Part shown: positions 20,029 through 31,077 of the stretch, one piece after another | How positions within the stretch are numbered: position 1 is the stretch's first letter | How the letters are laid out: every line of letters starts with the position of its first letter | Assembly (NCBI GenBank): GCA_963792535.1 | Contig: CAWBWQ010000001.1 | Coordinates: forward strand, 160,001-224,000 | Reading direction: 5' to 3' | Origin: an uncultured Phycisphaerales bacterium | Lineage (GTDB): Bacteria > Planctomycetota > Phycisphaerae > Tepidisphaerales > Tepidisphaeraceae | DNA: 64,000 nucleotides | Translations under genes and position numbers: made by a program | The notes under the pieces: generated by a model | What the model saw: only the letters and a program-made list of their open reading frames with translations | What the model was told of the DNA's origin: nothing | The model's database searches: none

Positions 20029-22976
20029 ACACAAGTATTTGCGCAATCAATTCAACAGGGTGCAACGCATCGCGGGCGCTCGCATCCTTGATTTGATGGC
20101 GGCAGGATGTGCCGGGCGCGATCACCATCGCAGATGAAGTGCCTGCGCGGATAGGTGGGAAGACAGACAGCTCTCCGATTGCCATCGACAAATCGTAATG
20201 TTCTGACCGGTATCCGAAAGAACCAGCCATTCCGCAGCAGCCGGAGGGGAGCATTATAAAACGATTTTCACACAAACGACGCAGCAGCGATTCGGTTGTG
20301 TCGGTACCCCACAAGGCTTTTTGATGGCAATGCCCGTGATAAATCACGTCCTGTGAAACGGGGCGAACGACCGGAGCAACCGGGTGGATGGGCCATCGCT
20401 GCTCGATGAAATCTTCAAACAGCATCGCTTTTTCGGCCAGCCGAGTTCGCGTGGCGCCGTCGGTCTTAAGCCTGAGCTTCAACCAGTCATCTTTAATTGC
20501 ACTGAGGCATGATGGTTCCAGAACGATGATGGCAATAACCTCAGGATCATCGATCGCGCTTTGAAGAGCGGCAATAGTGCGGTCGGCAGTATCGATCGCC
20601 TGTTGCAGCAGTCCGAGAGAAATCATCGGTCTGCCGCAACAACCACCCGCGGGAAGCTCTACCCGATAGCCCAGCTTTTCCAGCACGGAAGTAGCTGCCT
20701 TCCCAATATGTGGCTCGTTATAGGTGACGAAACAATCCGCCCATAAAGCAACTCGCGGGCCCGTTGATGTTTTTACCTCCCGCGTTCGAAACCATCGATG
20801 CAGCGACGGCGCAAATGGCGGAAGGCGTCGCAGGGGTGAAAGGCCCATCATCTTTCCAATCACTTTTCGCACCCAGGCGATACGCGTGACTGCATTGGCC
20901 AGTTGCGGCGACATCGAGCCGATTCGATTGAGCAGGCGGACATTGCCAAAGACCTTGTCCTTGAACGGCGCGCCTACTTCGCGATAGCGCTGCGCGTAGT
21001 ATTCACTTTTTAACTGCGCGACATCCACGCTGCTGGGGCATTCGGTTTTGCAGGCTTTACAGCTGAGGCACAAATCCAGTGTTTCGATTACCGCCGGATC
21101 ATTCCACCGCGAAGCGGTCTGCCCGGTGACGGCCAGTCGCACAGCATTCGCGCGCCCGCGCGTGCTGTGCCTTTCATCAAGGGTCGCGCGGTACGACGGG
21201 CACATTGTTCCCCCGGCGGTTTTGCGGCAAAAGCCTGCGCCGTTACACAACTCTACCGCCTCGGCAAAACCATCGGGGTATTCATAAAAAGTATCAACAG
21301 AGTCCGCCGGCGTGGATTGCGCGTCGACCCGGAGATGGTCCGTCATGCTCTGCACAGGGCCGGCATTGACAATAATCCCTGGGTTAAAAATTCCCGCAGG
21401 GTCGAAGATGGTTTTGATCTGCTTAAACGCCGCTGCGATCTGCGGCCCGTAAAACTCCCCAAGCAGAGGACCACGCACTCGACCGTCGCCGTGTTCACCG
21501 CTCATGACACCGCCGCTTTGCCTGGCGAGATGGGCAACTTCGACGGCGATGTCGCGCATTTTCTTTCGGCCACTTTCATCGTGCAGGTCGATCATCGGAC
21601 GCACATGCAGAACACCTACAGAAGCGTGTGCATAGAACGCAGCTTCGGTGCCGTGGTGGTGTACGATTTCCTTGAAGCTGTCGATGAACGGGTCGAAGAT
21701 TTTCGACCGGCACTGAGTTATCTTCGACGAACGTGACCGGTTTGGCCTTGCCCGGCAAGCCGTGAAGAAGTGCCTCGCTAGATTTGCGAAGCGTCCACGC
21801 GCGGGTCATCGCGGGGATGTCTGTGAAGGTGGCCAGCGGTGCGCCGGGAACCACAGCTGTCAAAGCCGCCAGCAGATCGTTCAATTGTTCGCCGGGCTGC
21901 TCTGTCTGGTATTCAACATACAGCACCGCGCGGGGCGTTTTACCATCCACGCGCGGAAGCATTTCCAGATAAGGCCGACATCCCGCATTTCCCGCCGCGG
22001 CGCGAAGCACCGCTTCATCCAATAGCTCAACCGCGCTCGGCTTGGTGTCTAGAATTTTTGGAACGACGTCGATTGCGGATTCGATATCCGGGAAGCAGAC
22101 AACCGCAAGCCCGCGCTGCAGCGGCAACGGGTGAAGCTTTAATTCCGCCGCGGTGACGACCGCGAGCGTCCCTTCACTGCCGCAGATCAGCCCTGAGAGA
22201 TCCAGATCTTCATCGCTTATTCCGCGGTCGAGTTGGTCGAGAATAAGATCCAATCCGTATCCGGCATTTCGTCGAACCAGTCTTGGAAAGCGGCGGCGGA
22301 TTTCATCCCGGGATGGCCGCACGACGGCGGCAACCTCAGACGCCAGCCGCAGCGCAGCGGGAGACTGCCGCCCCGCGCCGGCGCCCAACCAGATCCGGTC
22401 ACCGGAACTTAAAACCACTTCAACCCTGAGCAGATTTTCGCTGGTTCGACCGTAGCGGATAGACCGAGCACCGGCGGCATTGTTCCCGATGCATCCGCCA
22501 ATCGTTGCCTGTGCGACGGTAGCGGGATCAGGCGCGAAAAAAAGCCTAGTGCTGCGTTCCAGAAGCTGGCGGTTGAGTTCATCAATCGTAATGCCCGGCT
22601 CCACCCGGCACGTGCGAGCGGCGATGTCAACTTCAATGAGATGTCGACATGAAGGAGAAAGATCGACCACCACGGCGTGATTGGTGCATTGCCCCGCCAG
22701 GCTTGTGCCTCCACCGCGGGGCAATATCGCCAGCTTTTTAGCGGCGCAGTAGTTCACAATGTCGACAATGCATTCGATGCTGCGCGGGATCACCACGCCC
22801 ATTGGCCGCACCTGGTAAAGCGAGGCATCGGTGGAATAAAGCATCTGGTTGTGCGGATCGAAACGAACTTCACCGACGTTCAAACGGCGCAGATCCTCTG
22901 CGATCAGCTCGGCGTTTGGCGAGGAGAATTCATCGGGTAAGCGGGGTATGACGGGCAGTGAAAAATGCTTGTGCAC
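20027..22976 (-). CDS. FAD-binding and Fe-S-binding oxidoreductase (GlcD/GlcF fusion, YdiJ-like); frameshift near 21690
   Basis: PRGGGTSLAGQ, GSEGTL, SGEHGDG, CNGAGFC, CLSCKACKTECP, CCG motifs. Start codon uncertain. Confidence 0.88.
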
Positions 22977-23161
22977 GGGTGTCAGTTCTACTCCAGGGGA
23001 GCGTGTATTGCGTGGAATTTTCAGCGCCGAGCGTCGAATCGTGTTAAAAATCCCGAGAAAAACCGCATTTTTTAGTCCAAGGGCTTGCCAAATGCCTTGA
23101 AACAAGCCACATTGTGATCGTCACGGACGGTACACAAACACAAGTAAGGACAGAACACATT

Positions 23162-23479
23162 ATGGCAACCGCCGCTAAACCCGCCACGAAGAGTGAAATT
23201 GTTACGAGTATTTCTGAGTCAACCGAACTGTCGCGCAAGCAGGTGCTGTCGGTATTCGACGCACTGAGCGAACAGATCAAATTTGCCGTAGGCAAAAAAG
23301 GTCCCGGTGTTTTTGCAGTTCCGGGACTGATGAAAGTGATCGTAGTGCAGAAGCCGGCCGTTAAGGCCCGCAAGGGAATCAACCCGTTCACCAAGCAGGA
23401 ACAGATGTTCAAGGCCAAGCCTGCCCGCAAGATCATCAAGGTTCGCCCGCTGAAGGCATTGAAAGATTTCGCGAAGTAA
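23162..23479 (+). CDS. HU family DNA-binding protein
   Basis: TKSEIV...ARKGINPFT...FKAKPARKIIKVRPLKALKD. Confidence 0.92.
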   Translation: MATAAKPATKSEIVTSISESTELSRKQVLSVFDALSEQIKFAVGKKGPGVFAVPGLMKVIVVQKPAVKARKGINPFTKQEQMFKAKPARKIIKVRPLKALKDFAK

Positions 23480-23520
23480 TTCTCCGCTCCACGCCGCTGA
23501 ACTCATCACCGTAAGTGACA

Positions 23521-23553
23521 GCACCCCCGGATTGTCCGGGGGTGTTTTTGTTT
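23521..23553 (+). terminator. Rho-independent terminator
   Basis: CACCCCCGGA-ttg-TCCGGGGGTG followed by TTTTTGTTT. Confidence 0.85.
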
Positions 23554-23722
23554 TATCGCAAATGCATAAGCGGTTGGGTTTTGCGAAGTGGGGCGGGCGC
23601 TTCAAGACCCGGCCAGATGGTATTTGTCTTAATCCTGGGATGTGGAAGATTTCATCAGTTGCCGGATTGGGCGCTGTGATCTATTTAGCAGAGATCGAAA
23701 CGAAAAACCAAAGGAGACATCC

Positions 23723-24028
23723 ATGGTCAAGTTCGCACTTTATGCTCATCTTAAAGCCAAGCCGGGTAAATCTGCCGATGTAGAGGCGCTGCTGAAATCG
23801 GCTCTTCCCATGGCTGAGTCAGAACCGGGCACGATTACCTGGTATGCGTTTGCCGAAGACGATCAGTCTTTTGGGATCTTCGACACGTTTGAAACCGAAG
23901 CGGGGCGTCAGGCGCATCTTGATGGACCGATCGCCAAGGCGCTGATGTCCAAGGCGGACGAATTGCTGGCGCAGCCGCCCGCGATACACAAAATTCGCGT
24001 GATCGCCGCCAAGGCAGCGGCAAAGTAA
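23723..24028 (+). CDS. Antibiotic biosynthesis monooxygenase (ABM) family protein
   Basis: LKAKPGK...EPGTITWYA...FGIFDTFETEAGRQAHLDG; RBS AAGGAG. Confidence 0.88.
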   Translation: MVKFALYAHLKAKPGKSADVEALLKSALPMAESEPGTITWYAFAEDDQSFGIFDTFETEAGRQAHLDGPIAKALMSKADELLAQPPAIHKIRVIAAKAAAK

Positions 24029-24090
24029 TTCACGGAAAATGCCGATTGGCTGTTCCCAGATCGCAGCGCCGATTCGCGCTGCTTGGAGGA

Positions 24091-24555
24091 TCACTCAAGG
24101 TTGTCTGAGTCCTCAAGTTCTGTTGATCCCTCATCCCGCGTGTCGTCCGGCGCGGCAAAATCCACATCGTCGCAGCGAATTTCACGACTGCATTCGGGAC
24201 ACCGCGAGGCGAGATCAGTATTGGTCTGCACCCATCGCTGCGGATTGGCCCGCAGGTCATAACCGCAGGGACAAAAGTGGGGCAGCTCCACCTTTCGGGC
24301 AAATTCCGGCGGGGCGGGAGATAGCTGCGCGATCGGGATGGATTCGAAATAGTCTTCCACGGCATTTTTCTTCCAGGCAACCTGGTAGAGCAGATTCATC
24401 CCAGCGAAAACGATGACGATGATCAACTCGAAAATGCCCCGCAAGGCACGGAGACTGAATTCAGGACTGTGGGGATTCATACCCAGGGCAAGGCCCGCGC
24501 AAAACAAGATGACGGTAAGCGCAAGGACGATTACGGGTTGTTTGAAAGTGCCCAT
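24091..24555 (-). CDS. Hypothetical membrane protein with zinc ribbon
   Basis: Two TM helices; CPCGYDLR...RCPEC. Confidence 0.65.
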   Translation of the reverse strand: MGTFKQPVIVLALTVILFCAGLALGMNPHSPEFSLRALRGIFELIIVIVFAGMNLLYQVAWKKNAVEDYFESIPIAQLSPAPPEFARKVELPHFCPCGYDLRANPQRWVQTNTDLASRCPECSREIRCDDVDFAAPDDTRDEGSTELEDSDNLE

Positions 24556-24633
24556 CTCGACTCATCGGCCTGGCGGAAGCACCGCTTGAGAGACTGACGC
24601 TATTTGCTGCTCGATCCTCGCCCTATGATTGAA

Positions 24634-26136
24634 TCAATTTCCAGGCGGCGGGCGACGCTGGGGGGTGAAATAACCGTCGCTGAGCGTGCCGAGGAACGCG
24701 ACAATATCGTTTTCTTCCTGATCGGTCAGTCCGAGGTTTCCCACGCGCGAACCGGGGCTGTTGGGCCGGCCGGCGGGGTTTTGCAGTGTCAGCGGGGAGG
24801 CGTATTCAGGGGCCGGCCAGAGGGGTTTTGCAAGTGCGGTTGGTGCTGGCCCATCGGCTGACGCGGTCAGGTCGATGACCTGGTTATTGCGCGTCAAATT
24901 GCGTGTGTTGTAGAAATGCACGACATCCTTGAGGCTCTTAAAAAAGCCATTGTGCATGTAGCATTTCACAAAACTCGGGGAGGGGCGCTTGTCGACATTG
25001 CGAAGCGATGCGACGCGGAACTCGCCGTTGATCTGCAGGAAGTCACCGCGCCCGTCGCTGCCGGGGCCCATGTTCCCCGGCGGAAGATGCATGTTGGGGT
25101 AAAGCACCGCGCCAAGGCCCAGGTCAATAAAGCGATCGCCCAGTGGGTTAAAACCCTGCGGATTGGTTGCTGCTGTGGTTTGCCTGTAGTAACGGTTGCG
25201 CGGATTTTTGGGCACGCCGATGTTCGCGTAGGTCCAGTTGGTGAAAAAATCGCGGCGTGGGTTGTTCAGGTCTGAATCGGCGATGGTGTGGCAGGTACTG
25301 CACTGGGCGCTTTTGTAATTTCGCACACCACCGGGTCGACCGGAGACCGATCCGGTGAAGAGACGCAGACCGTTCATCTCGGAGGGGCTCAGCTGAATGA
25401 GGCCATCCGCATATGCGTCGTATTTGGAAGAAAAAGGGGACACTTCCCGGGACCGTTCATAGGCAAAGATGGCCTGGCGAATCAGCGGCAGAATATCGGA
25501 TGCCGGCTTTGACAGCGCGTCGTTGCCAAAGGCTGATTTAAACAAACTTGTATAAGAACCCGTGGATATTTTTTTAACCACCGTGTCGGTGGAGGCCAGC
25601 CCGTGCAGGACGTTGTTCATTTCGTTGGGATTGGTCATCGGCATGGTGGCCTGATCCTCGAGATCATCGGCGCGACCATCAGCAAAGAAGCCGCCCATCC
25701 AGGCGTGCTGCCGACGATTCCAAAAAGGTTGCCCATCCGGGACGAACCAGGCGTAGCTGATCGTCATCGGTTTGCGGCTTCCAAACCGGTCGGAGATTGC
25801 GCCGGGAACCGTGCCATAGGCCCGATTGACATAAGAATCAGGATAGCTGAAGCCGGCGGCGGGTGAGTGGCACCTCGCGCAGGACATGCCGGAAGGGTTT
25901 GAAATATTGGTATCGAAGAAGATCGCTTTCCCGAGTTGGACCACAGGGCTGTTGCGCCCTCCGCCAAATCCTCCGCCGGGCGCGGGGGGCCGATTAGACG
26001 GGGGTCTGTCATCGAAGGGGCCCGATCCATTGCGATCGAGCGCATAAGCCGACTGATGCGCGGTTGAAACCATCAACCAGGCGAAGGCTACCGCTGCAAG
26101 AACAACAAGGATTATTTTTCGATCGATATGGCGCAT
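24634..26136 (-). CDS. Di-heme cytochrome c peroxidase / MauG family protein
   Basis: Signal peptide, CARCH and CSTCH heme motifs, F.DGRA, NP.EM, SLRNV, YMHNG. Confidence 0.88.
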   Translation of the reverse strand: MRHIDRKIILVVLAAVAFAWLMVSTAHQSAYALDRNGSGPFDDRPPSNRPPAPGGGFGGGRNSPVVQLGKAIFFDTNISNPSGMSCARCHSPAAGFSYPDSYVNRAYGTVPGAISDRFGSRKPMTISYAWFVPDGQPFWNRRQHAWMGGFFADGRADDLEDQATMPMTNPNEMNNVLHGLASTDTVVKKISTGSYTSLFKSAFGNDALSKPASDILPLIRQAIFAYERSREVSPFSSKYDAYADGLIQLSPSEMNGLRLFTGSVSGRPGGVRNYKSAQCSTCHTIADSDLNNPRRDFFTNWTYANIGVPKNPRNRYYRQTTAATNPQGFNPLGDRFIDLGLGAVLYPNMHLPPGNMGPGSDGRGDFLQINGEFRVASLRNVDKRPSPSFVKCYMHNGFFKSLKDVVHFYNTRNLTRNNQVIDLTASADGPAPTALAKPLWPAPEYASPLTLQNPAGRPNSPGSRVGNLGLTDQEENDIVAFLGTLSDGYFTPQRRPPPGN

Positions 26137-26230
26137 GCAGATTTCCTATCGACCGCCAGGGTAGCACGCACAACCTGAATAGTTCGTGAAGACGGGTGGT
26201 TTTTCGTATACAGTCGCCAGGGGTTTCACC

Positions 26231-27112
26231 ATGCCCACTGAATTCGATTTCATCTCCTGGATTCAATCGCAGCAGCAACCCTCTCAGCACATCCGGCTGG
26301 GGATTGGTGATGATTTAGCCATTCTGGATTGGAAAAAAGACGACTTGCTCCTGCTGGGTGTCGACCAGGTGCTGGACGGTGTGCATTTTGATTCAACGGT
26401 ACATCCGCCGGGGTTGATCGGTCGAAAAGCAATGAATCGGAACCTCAGCGACTGCGCGGCGATGGGCTGCGTGCCGACAGCGGCGCTGGTCACAATCGTG
26501 CTGCCCAAAGGTACCGGCGAGGCCTATGCGAAAGAACTGTTTCTGGGGATAAAGCACGCCGGCGATGCGTTTGATGTGCCGATCGTCGGGGGAGATACCA
26601 GCACCTGGACGGGCAAGTTGATGGCCAGCGTGACGATTCTGGGGAATTCAGGCGGAACAAAGCCGCTGACGCGCGGTGGCGCGAAAGCCGGCGATGCCAT
26701 TTATGTGACCGGACCACTGGGCGGCAGCATCCTGGGCAGGCATATGACATTTGAGCCGCGCATGGCGCAGGGCAGGCAGCTTGCCGCGTCGGGGCGGGTC
26801 AACAGCATGATCGATCTAAGCGACGGTCTCTCTCGGGATCTGGGTCATATCTGCAAAACCAGCGGCGTGGGAGCATTGCTCTTTGCCGATGCGATTCCAG
26901 TGCATGAGGATGCGGTCAGGTTATCACTGGATGGACGCTCGCCTTTAGAACATGCGATGAATGACGGAGAGGATTTCGAGTTGCTGTTTACGGGTGAGCC
27001 GGGTTTAGATTATCCGTGCATCGGACAGATCACGCGGGAGGCGGGCATCAGACTGAAGCAGGGCGAATCGATCCAGCAGGTGCAGCCCGGAGCCTGGGAG
27101 CATACATTTTGA
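26231..27112 (+). CDS. thiL: Thiamine-phosphate kinase
   Basis: EFDFI, GIGDD, NLSDCAAMG, VGGDT, MIDLSDGL, GEDFELLFT. Confidence 0.93.
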   Translation: MPTEFDFISWIQSQQQPSQHIRLGIGDDLAILDWKKDDLLLLGVDQVLDGVHFDSTVHPPGLIGRKAMNRNLSDCAAMGCVPTAALVTIVLPKGTGEAYAKELFLGIKHAGDAFDVPIVGGDTSTWTGKLMASVTILGNSGGTKPLTRGGAKAGDAIYVTGPLGGSILGRHMTFEPRMAQGRQLAASGRVNSMIDLSDGLSRDLGHICKTSGVGALLFADAIPVHEDAVRLSLDGRSPLEHAMNDGEDFELLFTGEPGLDYPCIGQITREAGIRLKQGESIQQVQPGAWEHTF

Positions 27113-27531
27113 TGTACGAATCAACCAGCGTGGGGCAAACGGAGGCCATCGCCGCGGATCTATCGCAGCATCTGGTGGGTGGTGAGGTCATCGCGTTACA
27201 TGGCGATCTTGGCGCGGGCAAGACGCAGTTCGTTCGCGGTCTGGTGCGCGGGCTCGGCGGTGAAACACGATCGGTATCAAGCCCGACTTACATGCTTTTG
27301 AATGTGTACGACCAGGGGCGGCTGCGTGTTTTTCATCTCGACGCTTATCGCGTGGGGGGCAGTGACGATTTTGAAGCGATTGGTTTCACCGAGCTTCTCG
27401 ATCAGAACGGGGTCGTTGCCGTGGAATGGCCAAGCCGGGTGGAGGCGCTTCTGCCGCTGAAACACATCTCGGTTCGCATTACGCCTTTAAGCGAGTCGAC
27501 ACGTCAGATTGAGATCGAATTTCCTGTTTGA
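27112..27531 (+). CDS. tsaE: tRNA threonylcarbamoyladenosine biosynthesis ATPase
   Basis: GDLGAGKT, VSSPTY, HLDAYR, VEWP; TGATG overlap with thiL. Confidence 0.93.
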   Translation: MYESTSVGQTEAIAADLSQHLVGGEVIALHGDLGAGKTQFVRGLVRGLGGETRSVSSPTYMLLNVYDQGRLRVFHLDAYRVGGSDDFEAIGFTELLDQNGVVAVEWPSRVEALLPLKHISVRITPLSESTRQIEIEFPV

Positions 27532-27605
27532 GATTTAGTGCGTTTTTATAGCTGCTCGAAGTCGTATTTCGACGCTAGCATATGTTGGTTCATAAAGGAG
27601 AACGC

Positions 27606-28698
27606 ATGAAGCTCAGTTGGATTTCAATTTTAGCCCTGGTCGTTACCGCTTTTGTCCTGATTCCCTGTCAGTCGCGCGGATGTGCACGACAACGCGAACA
27701 TCTTCAGTTCCAAGGCGGTTGAAAATGCCAACCGCGATATGAAGAAGATGACGGAAACGCACAATAAGGATCTGGTGATCGAGACGTTTGCCGCCATTCC
27801 CGATGAGCAAAAGGATGCTTATGCGAGCAACGGCAGCACGTTTTTTAAGGACTGGATGGCCAGCCGCGCCAAAGAGCTGAAAGTAAATGGCGTGTATGTG
27901 CTGATCTGCATGGATCCCAAGCACCTGGAAGTGGGAGCGGGGAAAAACACGATCGCCCGCGGTGATTTTTCGCAATCCGATGTGGACGGTTTGTATGCCC
28001 AAATGAAAGAAGCGCTTCATAATAAGGACTATGACAAAGCGCTGAGTGGCGCGGTGGATACAGTCAAGCGCCCCTACACCGCGAATATTTCCGGCTCCAA
28101 CGGCCGATCGACAGCAACCTCCGGCGAGGGTGGATATTCCAGCGGGCAGTCCGGTCAGACCAACGGCAGCCAGCAGACAATTCCAACCCTGCCGGGCGGC
28201 AGCGGGATGCCGCTGGGGTTCGGATCGATCATCTGCATGGTGGTGGCCGGAGTGTTGATTATCAGCCTGGTCCGATCCATCTTTCGCGGCACTAACGGAG
28301 GCGGTTACACACAGGGCGGGCAATGGGGCGGTACCAACTATGGCGGTGGTAACTACGGTGGAAATACCGGCGGGGGCTTTGGTGGAGTGGGTGGCGGTGG
28401 CAGTGGTTTTGGGCGCGGGTTTTTAGGTGGATTGCTCGGCGGGGCGCTGGGTGGCTACGCTGCAGATCGATTTGACCATCGCAACGACCCATCGGGCGGC
28501 GGAATGAACACCGGCGGCCAGGGAAATGCCGGCGGTTCGTTCGGCGGTGGGGGCGGTAGTTTTGATGCCGGACCCTCCGATGCGGGGCAGGATTTTGGCG
28601 GTGGATCCAGCGGTGGTGACTTTGGATCTTCCGGTGGTGGTGGGGATGCCGGCGGCGGCGGTGGGGGCGGCGGTGGATCCAGCGGTGGAGACTTCTAA
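27606..28698 (+). CDS. TPM-domain membrane protein with Gly-rich tail; frameshift near 27665
   Basis: RBS AAGGAG + signal peptide MKLSWISILALVV; VHDNANIFS TPM start; TM helix; Gly-rich tail ending GGSSGGDF. Confidence 0.8.
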
Positions 28699-28763
28699 TA
28701 CTCTTGTGCGTAATATTGAATTGATGGGGTTGCTGATGCAACCCCGCTTTCATTTGCAAGGGT

Positions 28764-29327
28764 ATGCTGATGTCGGAAGCCTACGATTTAAAAGTGCCGT
28801 TATCCGATTCAGATCATGTGCACGGGGGAGAGAATCCAACTGTGACCCTGGTTGAATACGGCGACTACGAATGCCCGGATTGCCTGAACTCCGAACCGAT
28901 CGTGCGGCGGCTTTTAGAGCACTTTGGTGGGCAATTGCGGGTGGTGTTCCGGCATTTTCCGAGAAACTCGATTCACCCTCACGCCAGCGCCGCCGCCGAA
29001 GCGGCCGAATCCGCCGGGGCGCAGGGGCGCTTTTGGGACATGCATCAGGCATTGTTCGAGCATCAGAAAGAGCTGGCGGATCTGGACCTGACTCACCTTG
29101 CATTATCGCTGGGGATGGATGTTTACAAATTTCAACGCGACAGCGAATCGCGCGTGTTTCCCCGTACGGTTCGAGAACACTATCAGGGCGGCGAAGCAAG
29201 CGGCGTGGATCGCACACCGACGTTTTTTATCAACGGCTGCCGATATCGAGGCGATGGTGCATTCGAATCGCTGGCGAAGGCGATCGAAACCGCCGGGGTT
29301 CGAAAAGATCAACAGACTGCGGACTAA
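28764..29327 (+). CDS. DsbA family (thioredoxin_4) protein
   Basis: VEYGDYECPDC, FRHFP, FWDMH, GVDRTPTFFING. Confidence 0.9.
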   Translation: MLMSEAYDLKVPLSDSDHVHGGENPTVTLVEYGDYECPDCLNSEPIVRRLLEHFGGQLRVVFRHFPRNSIHPHASAAAEAAESAGAQGRFWDMHQALFEHQKELADLDLTHLALSLGMDVYKFQRDSESRVFPRTVREHYQGGEASGVDRTPTFFINGCRYRGDGAFESLAKAIETAGVRKDQQTAD

Positions 29328-29371
29328 TAACAGATCGACACGGGTGATTCCATCTCTGCGGGCGACTGCGT

Positions 29372-31054
29372 TTATTCTCTCAAGGTTAGTAATCGGTGGG
29401 TGCAGGTGACGGCGAATGACCCGTCACCGACGGCGAATCCCACACGCTTGGTCGAACCCGCGCGAACATCGCCGGCAGCGAGCACGCGAGGCACCGTGGT
29501 CTCAAGCGGGCAGGGGTCGCGTTTGAGCTTCCATTGACCGGACTTGGCGACCTCGGTTCCCGTGAGGAGATAGCCGAGTTCATCGCGGCCGATGGTTGTG
29601 GGCAGCCATTTTCCGTGCGGTTCAGCCCCGATGAAGACGAAGACGGCGGTGAGATTCAGGGTCGTTTTTTCGCCGGAGAGTTTGTTGATCACGTCGACGG
29701 ATTCGATGCGCTGGTTGCCGCGCACCTCGGCGACCTCGGTATTAAAGTGAACGGTGATGTTGGCGGTGGAAAGAATGCGATTGGCGAGATACGAAGACAT
29801 ACCCGAATTGAGATCACCGCGGCGAACCAGCATGTGTACCTTTTTCGCGCAGTTCTCCGCCAGGAACATCGCGGCCTGCCCGGCGGAATTGCCGGCGCCG
29901 ACCACGGCAACTTCGGTCTGCTCGTGCGTGCGAACCTCCACACTCGTGCAGGCATAGTAAACGCCGTGGCGTTCAAAATGTTCGGCACCGGGCACGGTCA
30001 ATCTGCGCCAGGTAACCCCGGTTGCGATCAGGACAACGCGGGCACGCAGAGTGGACCCGCAATCGAGCTTGAGCTGATGCGGCTGATCATCCGACTCAGA
30101 AGGAATCAGTTCCTGCACAGCAATAGGCGCGAGCAGGGTCGCACCGAATTTCATCATCTGCAAAACGGCGCGGGTGGCCAGATCCGCGCCGGAAAGTCCG
30201 GCGGGAAAACCGATAAAGTTCTCAATCTTGGATGAACCGCTCGCCTGCCCGCCGGGTCCGAGGCGGTCGAGCACGATCGTGCGGAGTCCTTCCGACGCTG
30301 CGTAAACGGCGGCCGCCATGCCACCCGGCCCCGCGCCGATGATCGCAAGATCAAACTCCTCAACCGGGCAATCAGGCAGCACACCAACAGCCTTGGCCAA
30401 TTCGCGCAGGGAAGGATTGACCATCACGTCACCGTTGCCGGTCTGGATCAACGGCGTCCTGGTGCCGTGGTTCATTTTCAGCTGGGCCGCGCGGCCTTCA
30501 GGCGTTTGCGTGTCGATCCACGAGAAAGGCACGAAGTTCTTATAAAGGAATTCGCGAACGAGATTTGTATCGCCGCAAACCCCCGGACCGATGATGCGAA
30601 GACCCAGTTTGCCCGATTCGGCGAGCAGTTGGCGTCTCACCTGAAACGCAACCAGCAGCTTATCGCTGAGGCGCGGAACGGTATTGAGCAGCTGGCGTAG
30701 TTTCGCGCCAGGCACACGCAGCACGGTCGTCGTTCCGTGAGCCCGCGCGGAAACGATCACCGGGCGGCGCGTGAGCAGGTCGATATCTCCCACAAAATGC
30801 CCGTCTTTGTGCGAAACAATCAGGCTGTTATTTTCCGCGGGATTTAATACATCCAGCTGCCCCGTTTCAACGACGAAAAAGTCGATGTCGGCATCGCCGG
30901 CGCGGAAGACAAACTGCTGATCCTCGTAAGTCTCCACCGCCGCGAGTTGCCGTAATACGTTAAGCTCCACTTCGTCCAGGACGGGAAACGCCCGTTTATC
31001 CTCGCGGTTGGTCTGTCTGTACTCGTCATAGGCTGATTGAGTGTTCATGCTCAT
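29372..31054 (-). CDS. cNMP-binding domain thioredoxin-reductase-like FAD oxidoreductase
   Basis: N-terminal cNMP fold; IIGAGPGG, GGQASGSSKIENFIGFP, VVGAGNSAGQAA, AAGDVR. Confidence 0.88.
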   Translation of the reverse strand: MSMNTQSAYDEYRQTNREDKRAFPVLDEVELNVLRQLAAVETYEDQQFVFRAGDADIDFFVVETGQLDVLNPAENNSLIVSHKDGHFVGDIDLLTRRPVIVSARAHGTTTVLRVPGAKLRQLLNTVPRLSDKLLVAFQVRRQLLAESGKLGLRIIGPGVCGDTNLVREFLYKNFVPFSWIDTQTPEGRAAQLKMNHGTRTPLIQTGNGDVMVNPSLRELAKAVGVLPDCPVEEFDLAIIGAGPGGMAAAVYAASEGLRTIVLDRLGPGGQASGSSKIENFIGFPAGLSGADLATRAVLQMMKFGATLLAPIAVQELIPSESDDQPHQLKLDCGSTLRARVVLIATGVTWRRLTVPGAEHFERHGVYYACTSVEVRTHEQTEVAVVGAGNSAGQAAMFLAENCAKKVHMLVRRGDLNSGMSSYLANRILSTANITVHFNTEVAEVRGNQRIESVDVINKLSGEKTTLNLTAVFVFIGAEPHGKWLPTTIGRDELGYLLTGTEVAKSGQWKLKRDPCPLETTVPRVLAAGDVRAGSTKRVGFAVGDGSFAVTCTHRLLTLRE

Positions 31055-31077
31055 GCTAGGCTACTATACTGATAAAA

